Below, piece after piece: positions 27,128-40,829 of a stretch of DNA of 64,000 nucleotides. The stretch lies in assembly GCA_028023455.1 (NCBI GenBank), contig JAQFVV010000008.1, forward strand, positions 7,626,001 through 7,690,000, read 5' to 3'. A program made the translations under genes and the position numbers. The notes below the pieces were generated by a model, which saw nothing but the letters and a program-made list of their open reading frames with translations, was not told the origin of the DNA and did no database searches. The stretch is from Epiperipatus broadwayi (lineage: Eukaryota > Animalia > Onychophora). Within the stretch, counting starts at the first letter, position 1. Each line of letters opens with the position of its first letter.

Positions 27128-27235
27128 ATGATTAAAATTTGGGATCTTCCATTGTCAAAAGATCATGCAGTGGAATCTTTTCAAAGATATGGGATCCTGC
27201 TCGCTCAAAAAATTTGTGTTAATGTGCACAATATA
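27128..27235 (+). pseudogene. Merlin (IS1595/ISXO2-like) transposase N-terminal fragment
   Basis: MIKIWDLPLSKDHAVESFQRYGILLAQKICVNVH resembles, from memory, the 'IWDLP.TEE.A..F.Q..G.L....C.NGH' start of eukaryotic Merlin transposases; no TIRs seen. Confidence 0.4.
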
Positions 27236-27845
27236 CTTGATCAGCAAATGCCCACAATGGTGATGCAACCTGAAAACTTGTTATAACTGAATATCCATAC
27301 TTTTGTGTAATTTCTTTTATTTTTATAATAATAGGATAAATATTAAATATGATAGCTTCTTGTCAGCCATTTTATTTTCAATATTTATTGGAGACACCTG
27401 AAAATATATAATAAAAAGAAATGCTTCCAAGCTTTGGTGACAGGATAGTACTTAAGTACCAAAAATAATTTATCAAAATAACTATAAAAGATGATTGAAA
27501 GATAAGAGATTCTAATATAATATGCATATAAATGTAAAGAACAAAGTATGTGGAGTATTTTTGGATATAACATTATTTGCACATTGATTGTGTTTTGTCA
27601 AAGCAATACTTAAAATGAATCTTTTTTGTTTCTTAAAAGAAAAAGTACTGTTTGATAGAATTGTAACAATTTCATTTTAGCTTCTTTAAGAACTACATTT
27701 TGCATGTATTTAGTATTAATTTTTAACTTGTAACAAAATTTATCTTGAGGTTTTTAACATTTATTTTTGTTATCAATAATAAACTTTAGAATTTTTATTT
27801 GAAATAAAGTATTTTATTATTATATTTATATATTTTTTTATTCAG

Positions 27846-28036
27846 AGTTTATTGATGTTGGTAAGAAGCAGCGAGCTCTTGATGCTCTCTATGATGTCAT
27901 CAAGAGTAAAAAGCATCGCACCTGGCAGAAAATCCATGAGCCTATCATGGAAAAATATTTGGAGTTGTGCGTGGAGCTTAAAAAGAGCCACATCGCTAAG
28001 GAGGGGCTCTATCAATACAAAAACATCTGCCAGCAG
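27846..28036 (+). CDS. eIF3a: eIF3a coding exon, first one found (equivalent to vertebrate exon 2): (E)[63 protein letters not shown]
   Basis: Acceptor ttcag| after a pyrimidine tract, donor CAG|gtatat. 191 nt, starting in phase 1. The peptide closely matches the eIF3a N-terminus as I recall it ([27 protein letters not shown]). Confidence 0.97.
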
Positions 28037-28887
28037 GTATATTTTTTGCTTATATATGCCTAAATGTGAACTTGAAATTTAATTTCAAGGATATTATGAA
28101 AAATAATTATAAATTAAATTTAATCATTGTATAAATTTTGTACATTTGTTTCAGTTGAAATAAATATATATTAAGAATTTTGTAATAATTTCTGTAATCA
28201 TCATGGTAACAACCAACCATTAAGCTATCAATAATCTCAACCTGTAGTCAAAACAACCTACTTTAACAATAAGATGGTACCACCTTTATATATGGTCTGA
28301 TATGTTTATATAGATACTAAGATTACAATTTGATCTAGTAGTGTGAAATTAATAATTCAAAGAAGTTTAAACAAACCTCATTAATCAGGCAAATATAACC
28401 TGTTCTGAAAGCATATTACAGGTTCAGATTGTTGATAGCTTAAGGATTGATTGTTATCATCTACATTTATAAATCTATTAAAGCTTTGAGTAGTTGATTT
28501 TATTGTCTTAGTAATCATTTATGTTCAAAAAATAAAATATTTTTAAACTATTTAAGTAGGATTGTCAAAATAAATTTTATAGTTTTCTTTACAGACTAGA
28601 TTAATAGTAATTTTATCTTTGCAGTTCAATATTTGCTATCTGTTTAATCTCATATTTGCTTTTCCAAATTTCTGGAATTCATAGTTTTCCAAATGTAGAT
28701 CTTCCTTACAATAGTTTATTTTTATTATGTAAATGATCCACTGCTATCTTTGATATCTAATTTAAAATAGATGGATTTTAGTTTTCTTTATTTCAAAATA
28801 CTCTATCCACACTAGGACTATGCATGCAAAATAGTGTGGAGACATAATTTTCAAATTTTATATTTATACAAATATTTATACAAAATA

Positions 28888-29520
28888 GTGAATAATATAA
28901 AATATTCATCCAAAATATTTAAAATTGACCTATATAATTGCATTTAGGTACAAAGATAAGTCAGTGTTCTTATCTTTTCAGTCTTTATCTCATGTGACCT
29001 GGATCGAGAGTTTTCTCACCTTCAACAAAAACGTTGATTTAATATAACAGTACAACACGTGTGTAAGTGTTGATTACCTTTGTTTAGCATTACAGTTCAT
29101 AACTGCTAGTAAATATTTTAGTCTATTATATTAATTCTAACATCTCTTAATATCAACATGCAATAAATGTTAAAAAATTCAGTGAATAATATAAAATATT
29201 TGATTACCTTTGTTTAGAATTATAATTTGAAACTACTAGTAAATATCTTAATCTGTTATATTAATTCTAACATGTTTTAATATTAACATACAATGAATGT
29301 TAAAAATTTCATGAGTGTTAATATGCATAATGAAGAAAATGTAAGTAAAATGAATAATATAAAATTCATGCTCTCAATCCAAGATACTTGAGATTGGCCT
29401 CTATAATTGCATTTAGATACAAAAATAAGATGATTGCTCTTACTTTTTCAAAGTCTTTTATCATGTAACTTGGTTTGGGAGTTTCCTCACATTCAACAAA
29501 AACGATTTAATATTACCTTC
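28888..29520. repeat. Diverged direct repeats (main period about 469 bp, with internal partial duplications)
   Basis: tataattgcatttag at 28933 and 29402; caacaaaaacg and attacct...gtttag blocks repeated. Confidence 0.8.
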
Positions 29521-30632
29521 TGTTTAGAATAATAAATTTATGTAGATAGTTGAATCTGCTCAATTTTTTTTTTTTGTTCTGACAACCAATTTTAAATGGT
29601 ATTCCATTAATTTTCTTGATGTTTATTGTAATACTAGTTTATTATGCTTCATCAAATAGACAATCTGTTACTATGTTTTCAAAATTATTGATGAACCAAT
29701 ATATTTTTCAAATCTTTAGTCAATCGGATATTTTTTTAAGTTTTTAAAGCCCTTTATGTCATCAAGTCTAAAATCATTATAAGTAATGAAAGTGAAAATA
29801 AGCAGCCTTCTTTCCTCTCTTTTGATTATCCATTTGTCATACATGGTTATTATACATTGCTCTAATCAACTTAATTTTTGGAAACACCTGATATTTTTAA
29901 CACAATCCCAAATGGGATTTTTTTGTTGTTGTTGTTGATATTAAGTAGAGATTGATCACATTTAACTGACTGGATTAATGAAAACTTAATTTCTTGATGG
30001 AGATCTTGATTATGGATCTTTTTTTCACGTTTTGTTGCAAATCGCCACACAATTATTTTGTAACGCACAAATCATGTAGGATAATATCACAAGTATAAAA
30101 TTTTTTCTGAAACCACACTGGAATTAGAGGTAGGATTTTTGAATTTTTCAAAGCATAATTTTTGATAAGTAGATTTAACTAATTAAAAAATAAGAGTTAG
30201 GAGCAAACTTAAAATCTTTCAGGCGGAAAAAATTTATGTTAAATAGGGTTGCACCGATGAGCAAAATGACTGATTTATTGGCTGATTATTAAATACAGTT
30301 AAATGCTTGGTGAATTTTTTAGGATTTCTCTCTCACATTAACAACACAGCACCGTTATGTTGTAGGAGCCTAAAGAAAATAAATAGTCTTTAGACAGGTT
30401 CTTGGTGCAGTGAGAATCAAATGCAAATATTTTTATTTATACATAGTAAAAGTATTTATAAAAAAAAATTTTCCCATTTTTATATGCATAAACAAATAAA
30501 ACTTAAATAAATATATATTCTGAGCATCAAATTAATTCTACATACATTTAATTCAGTGGAGAAAATTGATTCAAGATGTGAGTTGTTACTAGGAACGAAT
30601 TAAGTTCGTAAGCCTATAGATATCATTGTATT

Positions 30633-30784
30633 TAAGGTTGCCAGATTTTTACCCAGGATACAAAAAAAAGTCAGGATGCTTCATAAATTTTTTTTAATAA
30701 TTTTATTTATATATTAGGGGACACAAGACAAAATCATGAAAAATCAACACATATCCTGCTAAATCAGGACATCTGACAACCCTA
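30633..30784. mobile_element. 152-bp hAT MITE nested in the hAT element
   Basis: TIRs TAAGGTTGCCAGAT / TAGGGTTGTCAGAT; perfect 8-bp TSD ATTGTATT (30625-30632, 30785-30792). Confidence 0.93.
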
Positions 30785-31049
30785 ATTGTATTATTAAATA
30801 TGTATTTAATAATCTTTATATGTATTTGAGCCTAAAACATTCTTATCTGTGAGGTCTACAGAAGAATTATTAAAAGATTGTGCAGTTATTATATTCATAT
30901 TTATTTTGTTGTAATAATAATTGATTGGAAGATCTATTAGCCGCAGTTTTTAGTTTTCTTTGAAAAGCATATGCATTGTTTAGAAAACATATTTTATTTA
31001 AAAATTATATATTTTAAAACATCATATCAAGAACTTATAATCCTTTATT

Positions 31050-32830
31050 GAAGATAAACAAAAACGAGAGATTTTTAAAGTGCAATTTATGTAGTGCTTT
31101 TATATTGAGAGGTGGAAAAAATGCTAAACTTTTTCAACCACAAACATGATAAATCATCTCTAAAAATATCATCATGAAGACTTTTTAAAAGAAATTGGAA
31201 AGATGAAAAGAGAAACCAAAGAAGATGGTTGTTCATAACTAACAACAAAAACGCATACACAAAGACAGACTACTTTAACTCAAGTATTAGCGAAGAAAAA
31301 ATTGTGGGATATAAATGATCAATGATCCAAAGTAGTTCATTATTTGATTGGAGAAATGATAGCTGTAGATATACAATCATACTCTTGTGTTTCATTTAGG
31401 ATTTCAAAGATTACTAAAAAAATTGCTCCTAATTACAATATTCCCAGCAGAAAGTATTTTTCTGATATCATACCTGATATATTTCAAAAAGTTATTGATG
31501 GTGCAAATTATATTTATAACCACTGATATTTGGACAGCAACTACAAACAATTTTCCTTTTTTAAGTGTAATAGGCCACTGGTTGAATGATCAGTTTCAGC
31601 AAAAAATATCTGTTTGAGAATTATTCACTTTGAAGGTTGTCATGCAGCTGTACGATTTAAGAAACTGATAAATAATGTTCTCGAACAGTATAAGCTGACA
31701 AATGATAAGTTATTCTTAGTACTTAGAGATTCTGGAGCAAATATGTTAACTGGAATCAGGAATTGCAATTTAGCAGCATTATCATGTTTTATACATACAC
31801 TGCAGCTGTTACTTAATGAATGCATATTTTCTCAACAAGCTGTGAAAACTATAATCACAGCTAATAGAAATATTGTCACATATTTTAATCCTTCTGCTTT
31901 GGCTTTAAGCAAATTGGAAGCTTTGTGAAATAAGTTAGGTTTACAGAAACACAAATTAATTCAAGATGTTTCCTACTCACTGGAATTCTACATATTACAT
32001 GTTGGAAAGAAACTTGGAACAGCAAAAAACTTTTGTCATATATGCTATAGACAATAAAATTTCTATGTTGAGCCCTTATTAATTGTCTCTTGTTGATAAA
32101 ATTGTATTAATTTTAAAACCATTTGAAGAAATTACTCTTGAAGCCAGAAAACAAGAAACCACATCATTTTTAATAATTCCCATAATCGAGATTCTGAATT
32201 TATTCTTGTTAAAAGCAAAGAACCCTAGTTTTTTTAGTGGAATTTATACCACAATAGAAGAACTACAAGTTTCAGTGAAGAAAATATTTTTATTAGATCC
32301 AAGATTCAAAATGAAATTTCAAAAAGAGGATATGGTAGAGGAAATAAAAAGATGGGACATTTGATAGCTTAGATGTTGATCATTCAAAATCTCAAGAATT
32401 AAATTTTGGAGCTTCTACTTCTGAGGATGATCATGGTAGAGGAGAATTAAATTTTTCCAATTTATTTGATGAATTAGCTTCTAGTAAACAAACGAATGAA
32501 GAAGAGCATTTTTTCCAAATGAAAGAAAAAAAGAAACTAACGAACAAACGTTTCGATCAAGAATTAGAAAACTATTTAAATTTATCCCTTATACCAAGAC
32601 ATAGTGATCCATTTTTGTGACAGAGAAATTCAAAAGAACTTTTTCCTCCTAATTTGAGCAAACTAGCTATGAAATATCTAAGTGCTCCAGCATCTTCCAT
32701 TGAAAGTGAAAGAATTTTCAGCACTGGATGTAACATTTATGAACTGTTAAGGAATAGGTTATGCTTTGAAAAGGGGAAAATTCTCATGTTTTTGCATTAC
32801 AATTTAAGGGTTTTAAATTTTGAATATTAA
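31050..32830 (+). pseudogene. hAT transposase pseudogene (BED finger, DDE core, dimerisation domain)
   Basis: STTNMINHL, PSRKYFS, TTDIWT, RDSGANM, SCFIHTLQL, LDPRFK, YLSAPASSIESERIFS...NRL motifs, with stops and frameshifts. Confidence 0.92.
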
Positions 32831-33747
32831 ATTTTTAATACGCTAAAATAAAAGAAATAATTTTTAATGGGTTGAAAAAAGAAATAACTTTAAATGGGTC
32901 AACTAAAAGGAATAATTTTTTAATAGGTTAAAATATGTAAAAGAAATAATTTGTATTAAAAAATTTTTTATATAGGTAATAAATATATAACAGAAATCTT
33001 TAATTTTTGATTACTAACCCTATACCCAACAACAATATTAAAATACAAAAATTGCCATTTATTAAAGCTGATTAATTGGTACAACCCTAATGTTAAACAG
33101 AAGTTTTGTGGGATGAAGGTACCATTTTGTTACATATTTCATTAGGACAAAACTATATTTAGTTATCTCATGGTGTTTTTTTTTTATTAGAATGCCCATC
33201 ATTTTTTATTCTGTGATGAATATCGATCTTTCTGTCCAATTAAATAAGCCAATTCATTATGTTATATAAATTAGTCTTTACACACAATGGCTGTATAAGA
33301 AATGGTTAATATTAGACGTTTTTACTGTCATAGTTTTATGTTTTGAGGAAAAATTTTAGTATAAATTATAAACTTTATGGTTTTTATTATGTATTATACA
33401 TGATTAGGAATTAATATTTATTATTCACAAAACTTATGGATCAACTGATCTGATTTTTTAATTGTTCATCTTATAGAAACTATAATTTTTGTGCCTGTTC
33501 AGTTATTGTGATGGTTAATATTAAAATGTTTGGATATTAAAAACTTTACCATCATGAGAATATATTTTCAACTTAGAATTGCAAACTTTTTTTTAAGATA
33601 TTATAGCATTAGATAAACATGCTTTCAATCTGAGTTTTTAACAATTCAATTTTTTTTGTGCAGCCAATATGTCAATGAATCCTTGTTTTTATTAAAATGA
33701 AATCTTGATGTTTGTTAAATATTTATATATACTATATCAATTTTTAG

Positions 33748-34107
33748 GTAAATATCAAGTCATTAGAAGATGTAGTGCGTAATTATTTAAAATTAGCTGA
33801 AGAAAAAACTGAGGCAGCTAGAGAAGAATCACAGCAAGCTGTAGTGGATATTGATGATTTGGATAACCTGCTTACCCCAGAGAGCCTGCTGCTGAGTGCT
33901 GTGAGCGGTGAGGACACGCAGGATCGGACAGACCGTGTGGTGCTCACCCCATGGGTAAAATTCTTATGGGAGTCCTATCGCCAGTGCCTGGAGCTTTTGC
34001 GAAATAATTCTCGTGTAGAAGCTCTGTATCATGATATTGCTCGTCAAGCATTTAAATTCTGCCTTAAATACACTCGGAAAACTGAATTTAGGAAACTTTG
34101 TGAGAGT
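33748..34107 (+). CDS. eIF3a: eIF3a coding exon ([28 protein letters not shown]...[21 protein letters not shown]...[10 protein letters not shown])
   Basis: ttttag|GTA ... AGT|gtaagt; 360 nt, in frame with both neighbours; overlaps supplied ORF 33775..34155. Confidence 0.97.
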
Positions 34108-34175
34108 GTAAGTAAAATGTTTTCTGATAATTGTAATAATTGTAATTTTAACTAAAAGTTTATTTTTTTTAATAG

Positions 34176-34316
34176 TTAAGAACTCATCTTGGACATATTC
34201 ATAAGCATCAAAATCAACAAACTTCCATTAATTTAAATAATCCTGAAAGTCAAGCTATGCATCTGGAAACGCGATTGGTGCAGTTAGACTCTGCTATAAA
34301 TATGGAACTATGGCAG
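34176..34316 (+). CDS. eIF3a: eIF3a coding exon ([47 protein letters not shown])
   Basis: aatag|TTA ... CAG|gtaaaa; 141 nt after a 68-bp intron; conserved [18 protein letters not shown] motif. Confidence 0.97.
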
Positions 34317-36124
34317 GTAAAAAAATTGCACTTGCTAAATTTAATATATTTTTATTACTTAAAATGTACTCATTTTAATTAAATAAATCTTATAATTATA
34401 TATATATATAAATGGTAGAAATAGATTACATCAGATTTTAATTGATAATTTACATTTTCTATTTAATTTATTAAGAGATTTTATGATCTAGTCACTTCCA
34501 TGAAAATAACAGATCCCATTAGAATACCATTAAAAAGATCTACCCATGTAAGTAATTATTATAAAAAATTGTGCTGATGTGAAACTTTTTTCACTAAGGT
34601 TTTGATCCTATTAATATTCTTAAATTGACATAATTATAAGATTTATCTATTTTGGAAAAAAATGGTGTGTGTCTTAATGATTATATGAATTTTAGAAGGG
34701 TTGATGTTATAATTTGGCTTAAGCAGTAATTGGAAGAAATATATGGTATTGAAATAAACATAGAAATTTATAAAATGTAGATTTCTTTAACTGAACAGTA
34801 CAAATTACAAAATGTGATCAAAGACTATTTTATATTATTATAAATATCAAATTAAAGTACTTTTTATTAAAACAAATTGGTGAAAGAAATTTTAAGATAT
34901 GAAAATAGATTGCTTTAAGTAAAATGTTTAATAATAAATCAAAATATTTATTTTTAAACTAGAATGCTTTTTCTTTATGTACTACTTTTTAAACAAATTT
35001 AAAATATTTCATATATAATTATTTGAATAGATATATTTGTATTTAGATGATATACAATAGTAATAAAATGTATCCATTACTGTTATTGATTATCTTTTTA
35101 ATGTTCAGTGTTAATTTATGATTTATGTGAGTGCAGTATATTTTATAGCTATTAATAAGAAGTTTGCTATACCACCTGGCCACTAACTGCCTTTAATTTA
35201 ATATTATAGTGCTCTAAATCTTAATTTTATAAAATATCAACTCATTAATTTATAATTGCATAATCACCTTTATTACTTAACCTTTGGGATTAGTCATTTT
35301 GATTAGAAATTTAATAAAATAAAAAAAGTGATTGCTAATACACACATAACTTTCCAGCTGAGCATCCTTTAATTTCTGCAAGTAATTTTTATTTATTTTT
35401 TTGTTAGTTTACATATTTTTCATTGTGAAGTGATTACCATTTATTTGATGTATTATTTATTTTAATTATTATGATTTTTGTTTTTTAAATCAGTAAATAA
35501 TAGGTTTGATTAAGAAAAAAAGTCATATCTTTTCTGCAATTTTTACTTCACTTGCACATTAATTTGTGCTACATAAAAAATTTCTAAAAAAGTACTTTTC
35601 TCAAATTTGATTTTTAAAAAATTGTTTTTAAAAAAAAATAACTACAATGGAGCTACCAGCCATATCTTTTATAATTGATTCCTAAGCCTCTAATGGATGG
35701 TGTAAATTAGCATATAGTAGCTCACACTTTGTAATATGCTTGTAAAAAAAAAAAAGATGCTTTTTAACATGTGTATACATTTATCTATGATAAAAAAACT
35801 TCATTAAAAAATCACAGAATATAAATAAATTGAGATTATAAACAAAATTAAAATAAGTAGAAACTTGAAAAAAAAAAAAGAATAAAAATTACTGTTTTTA
35901 CACAAACTTTTTTTTAAAACGATTTTGAAATAACAAGAACAATAAAAAAACTAAGAAAACAATTTGTGTGTTGTTATCATCTCATTTGATAAAAGAAAAT
36001 GTTTTTATCTCTATTTCCCATTATTTTTCGAACAATTCCCTTTCTCGGCAATATTTCTGCAAATGGGGAAATTTGCTTTTTTGCATTTTAACATTTTTGA
36101 GTTTTGAAAGGGGGAAGTACCTTG

Positions 36125-36470
36125 TTAGTATTTTGACATTAGATTTTTTTTTTAAAAAGTATACTTTCTTTGTGTTGTTGTTAAAAAAATGTAATAAAAA
36201 TTAAATCAAGATTTGATTTTTTAATTTTGTCAAAATTTAATTGATGATAAATTATACATTGCAGTGATATCGCAATGTTGGTATTGATGCTTTGTTTGCA
36301 TTTTGATGTTTTTGACATTAGGTTTTAAATAAAAAGTGTATCTTGTTAGTGTTGATATTAAAAAAATCTAATAAAAATTAAAACAAGATTCGATTTATTA
36401 ATTTTGTTGAAATTTAATAGATGATAACTTATATATTGCAGTGATATCTCAACTTTTAGTGATATTGCAA
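36125..36470. repeat. Diverged ~180-bp tandem duplication
   Basis: ttttgacattag...aataaaaattaaa...caagatt...ttgcagtgatatc occurs twice. Confidence 0.8.
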
Positions 36471-38220
36471 CCATGCACAAACATATGTGTTTATTGTCAG
36501 AAAATGATAGCAAATAAAATCTTATGTATAATTCACATTACATATTCACTCAATTTTTATTTTCATTATGTTTTTTTGTTTGTTTTTCAAATTTGATAGC
36601 ATGCAAAAAAAATAAGATTCTTACAAGATTGTTCATATGATTTATTTCATTATATTTGTTGATTTTTTTAGGCCCGGAACTAATCTTCTAATTTTCTATA
36701 TATACAGTGTATTTGTTTATACATAATTTTTGGGAATCAATCTATTGTATTAAACAGAATTAGGTGTACTTTGGACTCTATATTCTTAAACTTCAGAATA
36801 TAATATTTTTTTTGTTCATCATTATCAATTTCACAAATTCTATGAAATTTTAAATATTTGAAGAAGAAAAAAAAGTATATTCATTTCACTTAAGATTGGA
36901 AAAAAATATGACTTATGAGTTGAGTTCACATGATTTGGTAAAAATGATGAAAAGATTTGAGAACACAAAACTTAGAAAAGAAACTGCAAGAAGAGCAATT
37001 GGAGGTTGCCATATCCCCAATTTACATCGTTCTAACTAATTTATGAATTTTAATTCTTTATTTTTTTATTTGTTTGCTTTTTTTTTTGGATTGCCTGTAA
37101 ATGAAGAAGGAATATTGAGATAGTAGATGCAATCAGTTCTGCTATACTTGCTATTATTATTATTACGGCAGGCAAATAATTTAATTTAGGCAATTCATAA
37201 TATATTTTATTTATTGAAATATTTTGAGATTTCTTACTCTTGATTCTTTATTTGTTATATTCTTTTATACATGCTCAATCACACACACACACACACACAC
37301 AATGGCTGTGGAATCTGATTTTAATGAAAACATGTTACAAATGAATTTACAATAAGTCAGATTCAGAATCAGTTGATTTTAAAAGTGAGAAGAGTTTAAA
37401 GTGTAAAAAAACTCTTATGTATGGATGATATAGAAGATAAAGATGCTGTCAAAGATGATGAAATTTCTATTAAGATATAGTGTAAATTGAATATGAAACT
37501 CTTCCAAAATCTTATTTTCAGAGTGAAATGAGGTATGTCTGTAAATATAAATTACAATAACAATCCATTTTTTAAAGAAACAAATACCTATGACAATCAG
37601 TATATAAAATAGATGATATCAAATGAAATGGACACCTACTTTTAAAGAACAGATTAGACTGTGTTTTTTATGTATGAATATATTATCAAAATGTTTGATC
37701 AAAATCCTTTAAATATTTGTATTTTATGAATTGTTGACATTTTTTTTATTAGAGATTTGTTCAAAACATCCAAACTCTAACTCATTAAGTTTTATAAATT
37801 GATTTAATAATTGAGAGAAGGATTTTTTGTGAGTTAGATGAGGGCTTGGTGCTCTACTAAAGAAACTTAAATTTGATAATTTTTTATGATAAGAAGAGGT
37901 CAATTTTGGATTATTATTTTTTTATATTTTGTGAAACAGAAAGTGCTTATGTTTCTTTTTCCTTTTTTTTGTACGTAATTTGAAAAAAAACAAATACAAT
38001 AAAAAGAATAATGTTTTACAGATAGTAGTAAAAGTGTTCTTCACCTTTTTTTTTCCCTAATAAAACATACAGTAGATAATTTGTATATGACATCAGATAT
38101 TGCACAATTTCTTTTAATTAAAAAAAAAAGATATGTATTTTTGATGTAGAGAACTATTAAAAACAAAATTTCCCAGAGAAGTTTAGAAAAGATAAGCTAT
38201 AATACAGGTAAAAATTAATT

Positions 38221-38248
38221 TTAAGCCAATAAACATCACATGACCACC
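38221..38248. repeat. Short fragment of the 434-bp HHR monomer family
   Basis: ttaagccaataaacatcacatgaccacc matches 2031-2058 with one mismatch. Confidence 0.8.
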
Positions 38249-40829
38249 ACTTCAATTTAGAAAAGTTTTGGTAATGAAATTATAAAATAAAACAAAATAT
38301 GGCTTATGAGTATTATTCAAGAGATAATGATAATATAGACGTTGACTATTGCAGTCTAGAATTATCTTAAAACCCAACATCTAAGAAGTAATAGAAATAT
38401 TATAAGAATATATTTAGTCTGAAATTCATATATTTTGTATAATAAAATAATTTCCAAAAAGAATATTGATTTTCTGGAATACTAATTACAATTTGCTGCA
38501 CCTGGAGGAATACACAAATGTTAATTTCAAGTCCTCCAAAAAGAGATCTAATATTATCCTTTGTCTTCTTAGACTTAATAGTCAATATTTTGCAATTCCT
38601 GTATTATCTAACCTTTTTAAAGAGTATGATATCGCATTGCATCATCTGCTGTTTCAAAAGAAATGAAAATAGAAAGTTCAAGAGGAAATGGAAGTCTCTT
38701 GGGAGTTTTTTTTAAATTATAGAATAGTACACATCCTTTATATTAATTATCCAAAAACAAATTGTGAGCTAAATTAAAAATTAGTAAACAAAACAAAATT
38801 TTTATATTTTCATTCTCATTTAATCTGCCTGGCAGCAGGTATATCTTTTGCATTTTATCATAATGAGTTTTCATCAAACACAATTATTTGCAAAAAGCGT
38901 GTGCATTTATTTAATTTTAATAGATATAATTAAATTGCTTAAGTAGTCGGTGTACCTCGTCCCCCTAATTTCAATATTAAAAAAATTCTTATTGACATAT
39001 TGATTTAAGTCTAAATTTTCTTTTTTAAACCTATTACTGATAAAGTCAGGAAAGATAGGAATAAAAGATCATTGCTAAATTAGATGAGAGACAAAAGATT
39101 AGATTACCTTTTTTTTTAATTCTTAATAATTAGTAGTCTATTGCATACAGTACCACAGTGAAGAAAAAAGTTTTATTCAGACGGTTAATAAATAAATCAT
39201 TAATAAACTTTCACACATACAAAAAAAAATGCTTTTCAAAAAAAATTTATTTTATATTTTAAATTTAAAAGCTGTCTATTTTTTCACTATTATTAATGTG
39301 AATACTATGTTAAGAAATCTGTACTTATATATATATGAATGTGTGTTTTAAATTATTCTTGTAAATGCTTATGATAATCCTGCTATACAGGGATGTGATT
39401 CCAGCCAATAAGGGATCTTGCAATAAAATATAGCAGGTGCAGGCATTTCACTGTATTTTATAAATTTAATAAAAATATTTAAAATTATGTTGAAACTTTA
39501 CTAGTCAAGTTAACTATAGGTTGTAGTATATATTCTTTTTTTTAAAAAAAAAAAAAAAAATTGTTGTATTAAAAAATGCTTCAGCAAAATTATTAATCAC
39601 TGTATTTTTATTTATGAAGATATATATAATAAAAATATGTAATAACTATATTGACCAAAACATGAGCTGATATAGATATGCAAAAAATAAAATGATTTAC
39701 TACATATAATACAACTAAAAAATAAGTTTTGACCATGCAAATAAATTGATGTAATTAAAAGAAGTTTCTAATGATAGATATAGTATTAGGGAACATATAT
39801 CCACTCTTATTGAAAAACATTGTAGTTTGCATAGTCAAAAAATGGTAATAATGGGGGGAATGTTAGTAACTTAGAAGACAAAAATAATAATTTTTTTGGA
39901 AAAGATAAATGTTTTATCCTAACAGTAGCATCAAAATAGTTTATTTAAAAACATATGTGACATCATTTTACAAGTCTAGATGAAATTGTTAACTGATTCT
40001 TTACTTATAAAAATTAATATTGAAATGAATTTATTTTGTGTATTAGGATGCCAAAGATGGACATTTTTGCATTTCTTGTAAAATGATATTATAGTTTGGT
40101 CATTGTGCATATTAGTAATGTTTTGTGATGAAAACATTAAAGAGTACATAAGCAAAAGTAGCACTTAACAAATTTGAAAATTGTATTGTTTCTTGAATTC
40201 GAAATGGATATATTTTATTTAAGAATTTTTTTGATAAATTTTTGGAATTAGATGTCTTCCGCTTTTACCTCAGAAACAACTTCTTTCTTTTTTTTAATTA
40301 TTGTTCACTAGCTTTTATAGTTCTTAGTAACTATTGGTTGCAGTCATATGAGTCATTTAATATATCCACTACAGAAAACCAAGATTGTGATTTTTATTGA
40401 CCTATTGGCTCATCAACCTTATTTGTATAGGTTTCTTAAAAAATGGATTGTCCATATCTGATTATCAAGTATGAGTTACTCTCATAATATACTTAGTTAT
40501 CTTGAAATTTTGGATATTTTTATTACATTAACTTCCTTACAAAAAAAGTAGTAAAATGATTAACACTTCGATTGTTAAGAAATTTCAATCTTAAGTCAAA
40601 ATTGCTTAGCCTAGATAGAGCTTTTAGAATTGCTATGTTTGGGAATTTTACTTGTATTGGTTATAATGTCAATTTTACAGGTAGGTTCTCTGGATCAAAT
40701 GATAATGATGATTAACTGAATTAACCATGTTAATGGGATTGTGCGTTTGTGTAGCTATTTTCTTTCTTTAACTACACACACAGCATTTCTAACTCCAATT
40801 AATTTCTTTTTCGTTTTTTAGCTCAAGCT

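Larger units (their letters stand above)
30244..33089 (+). mobile_element. hAT DNA transposon with decayed transposase
   Basis: TIRs TAGGGTTGCACCGAT / TAGGGTTGTACCAAT; perfect 8-bp TSD ATGTTAAA (30236-30243, 33090-33097). Confidence 0.95.
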
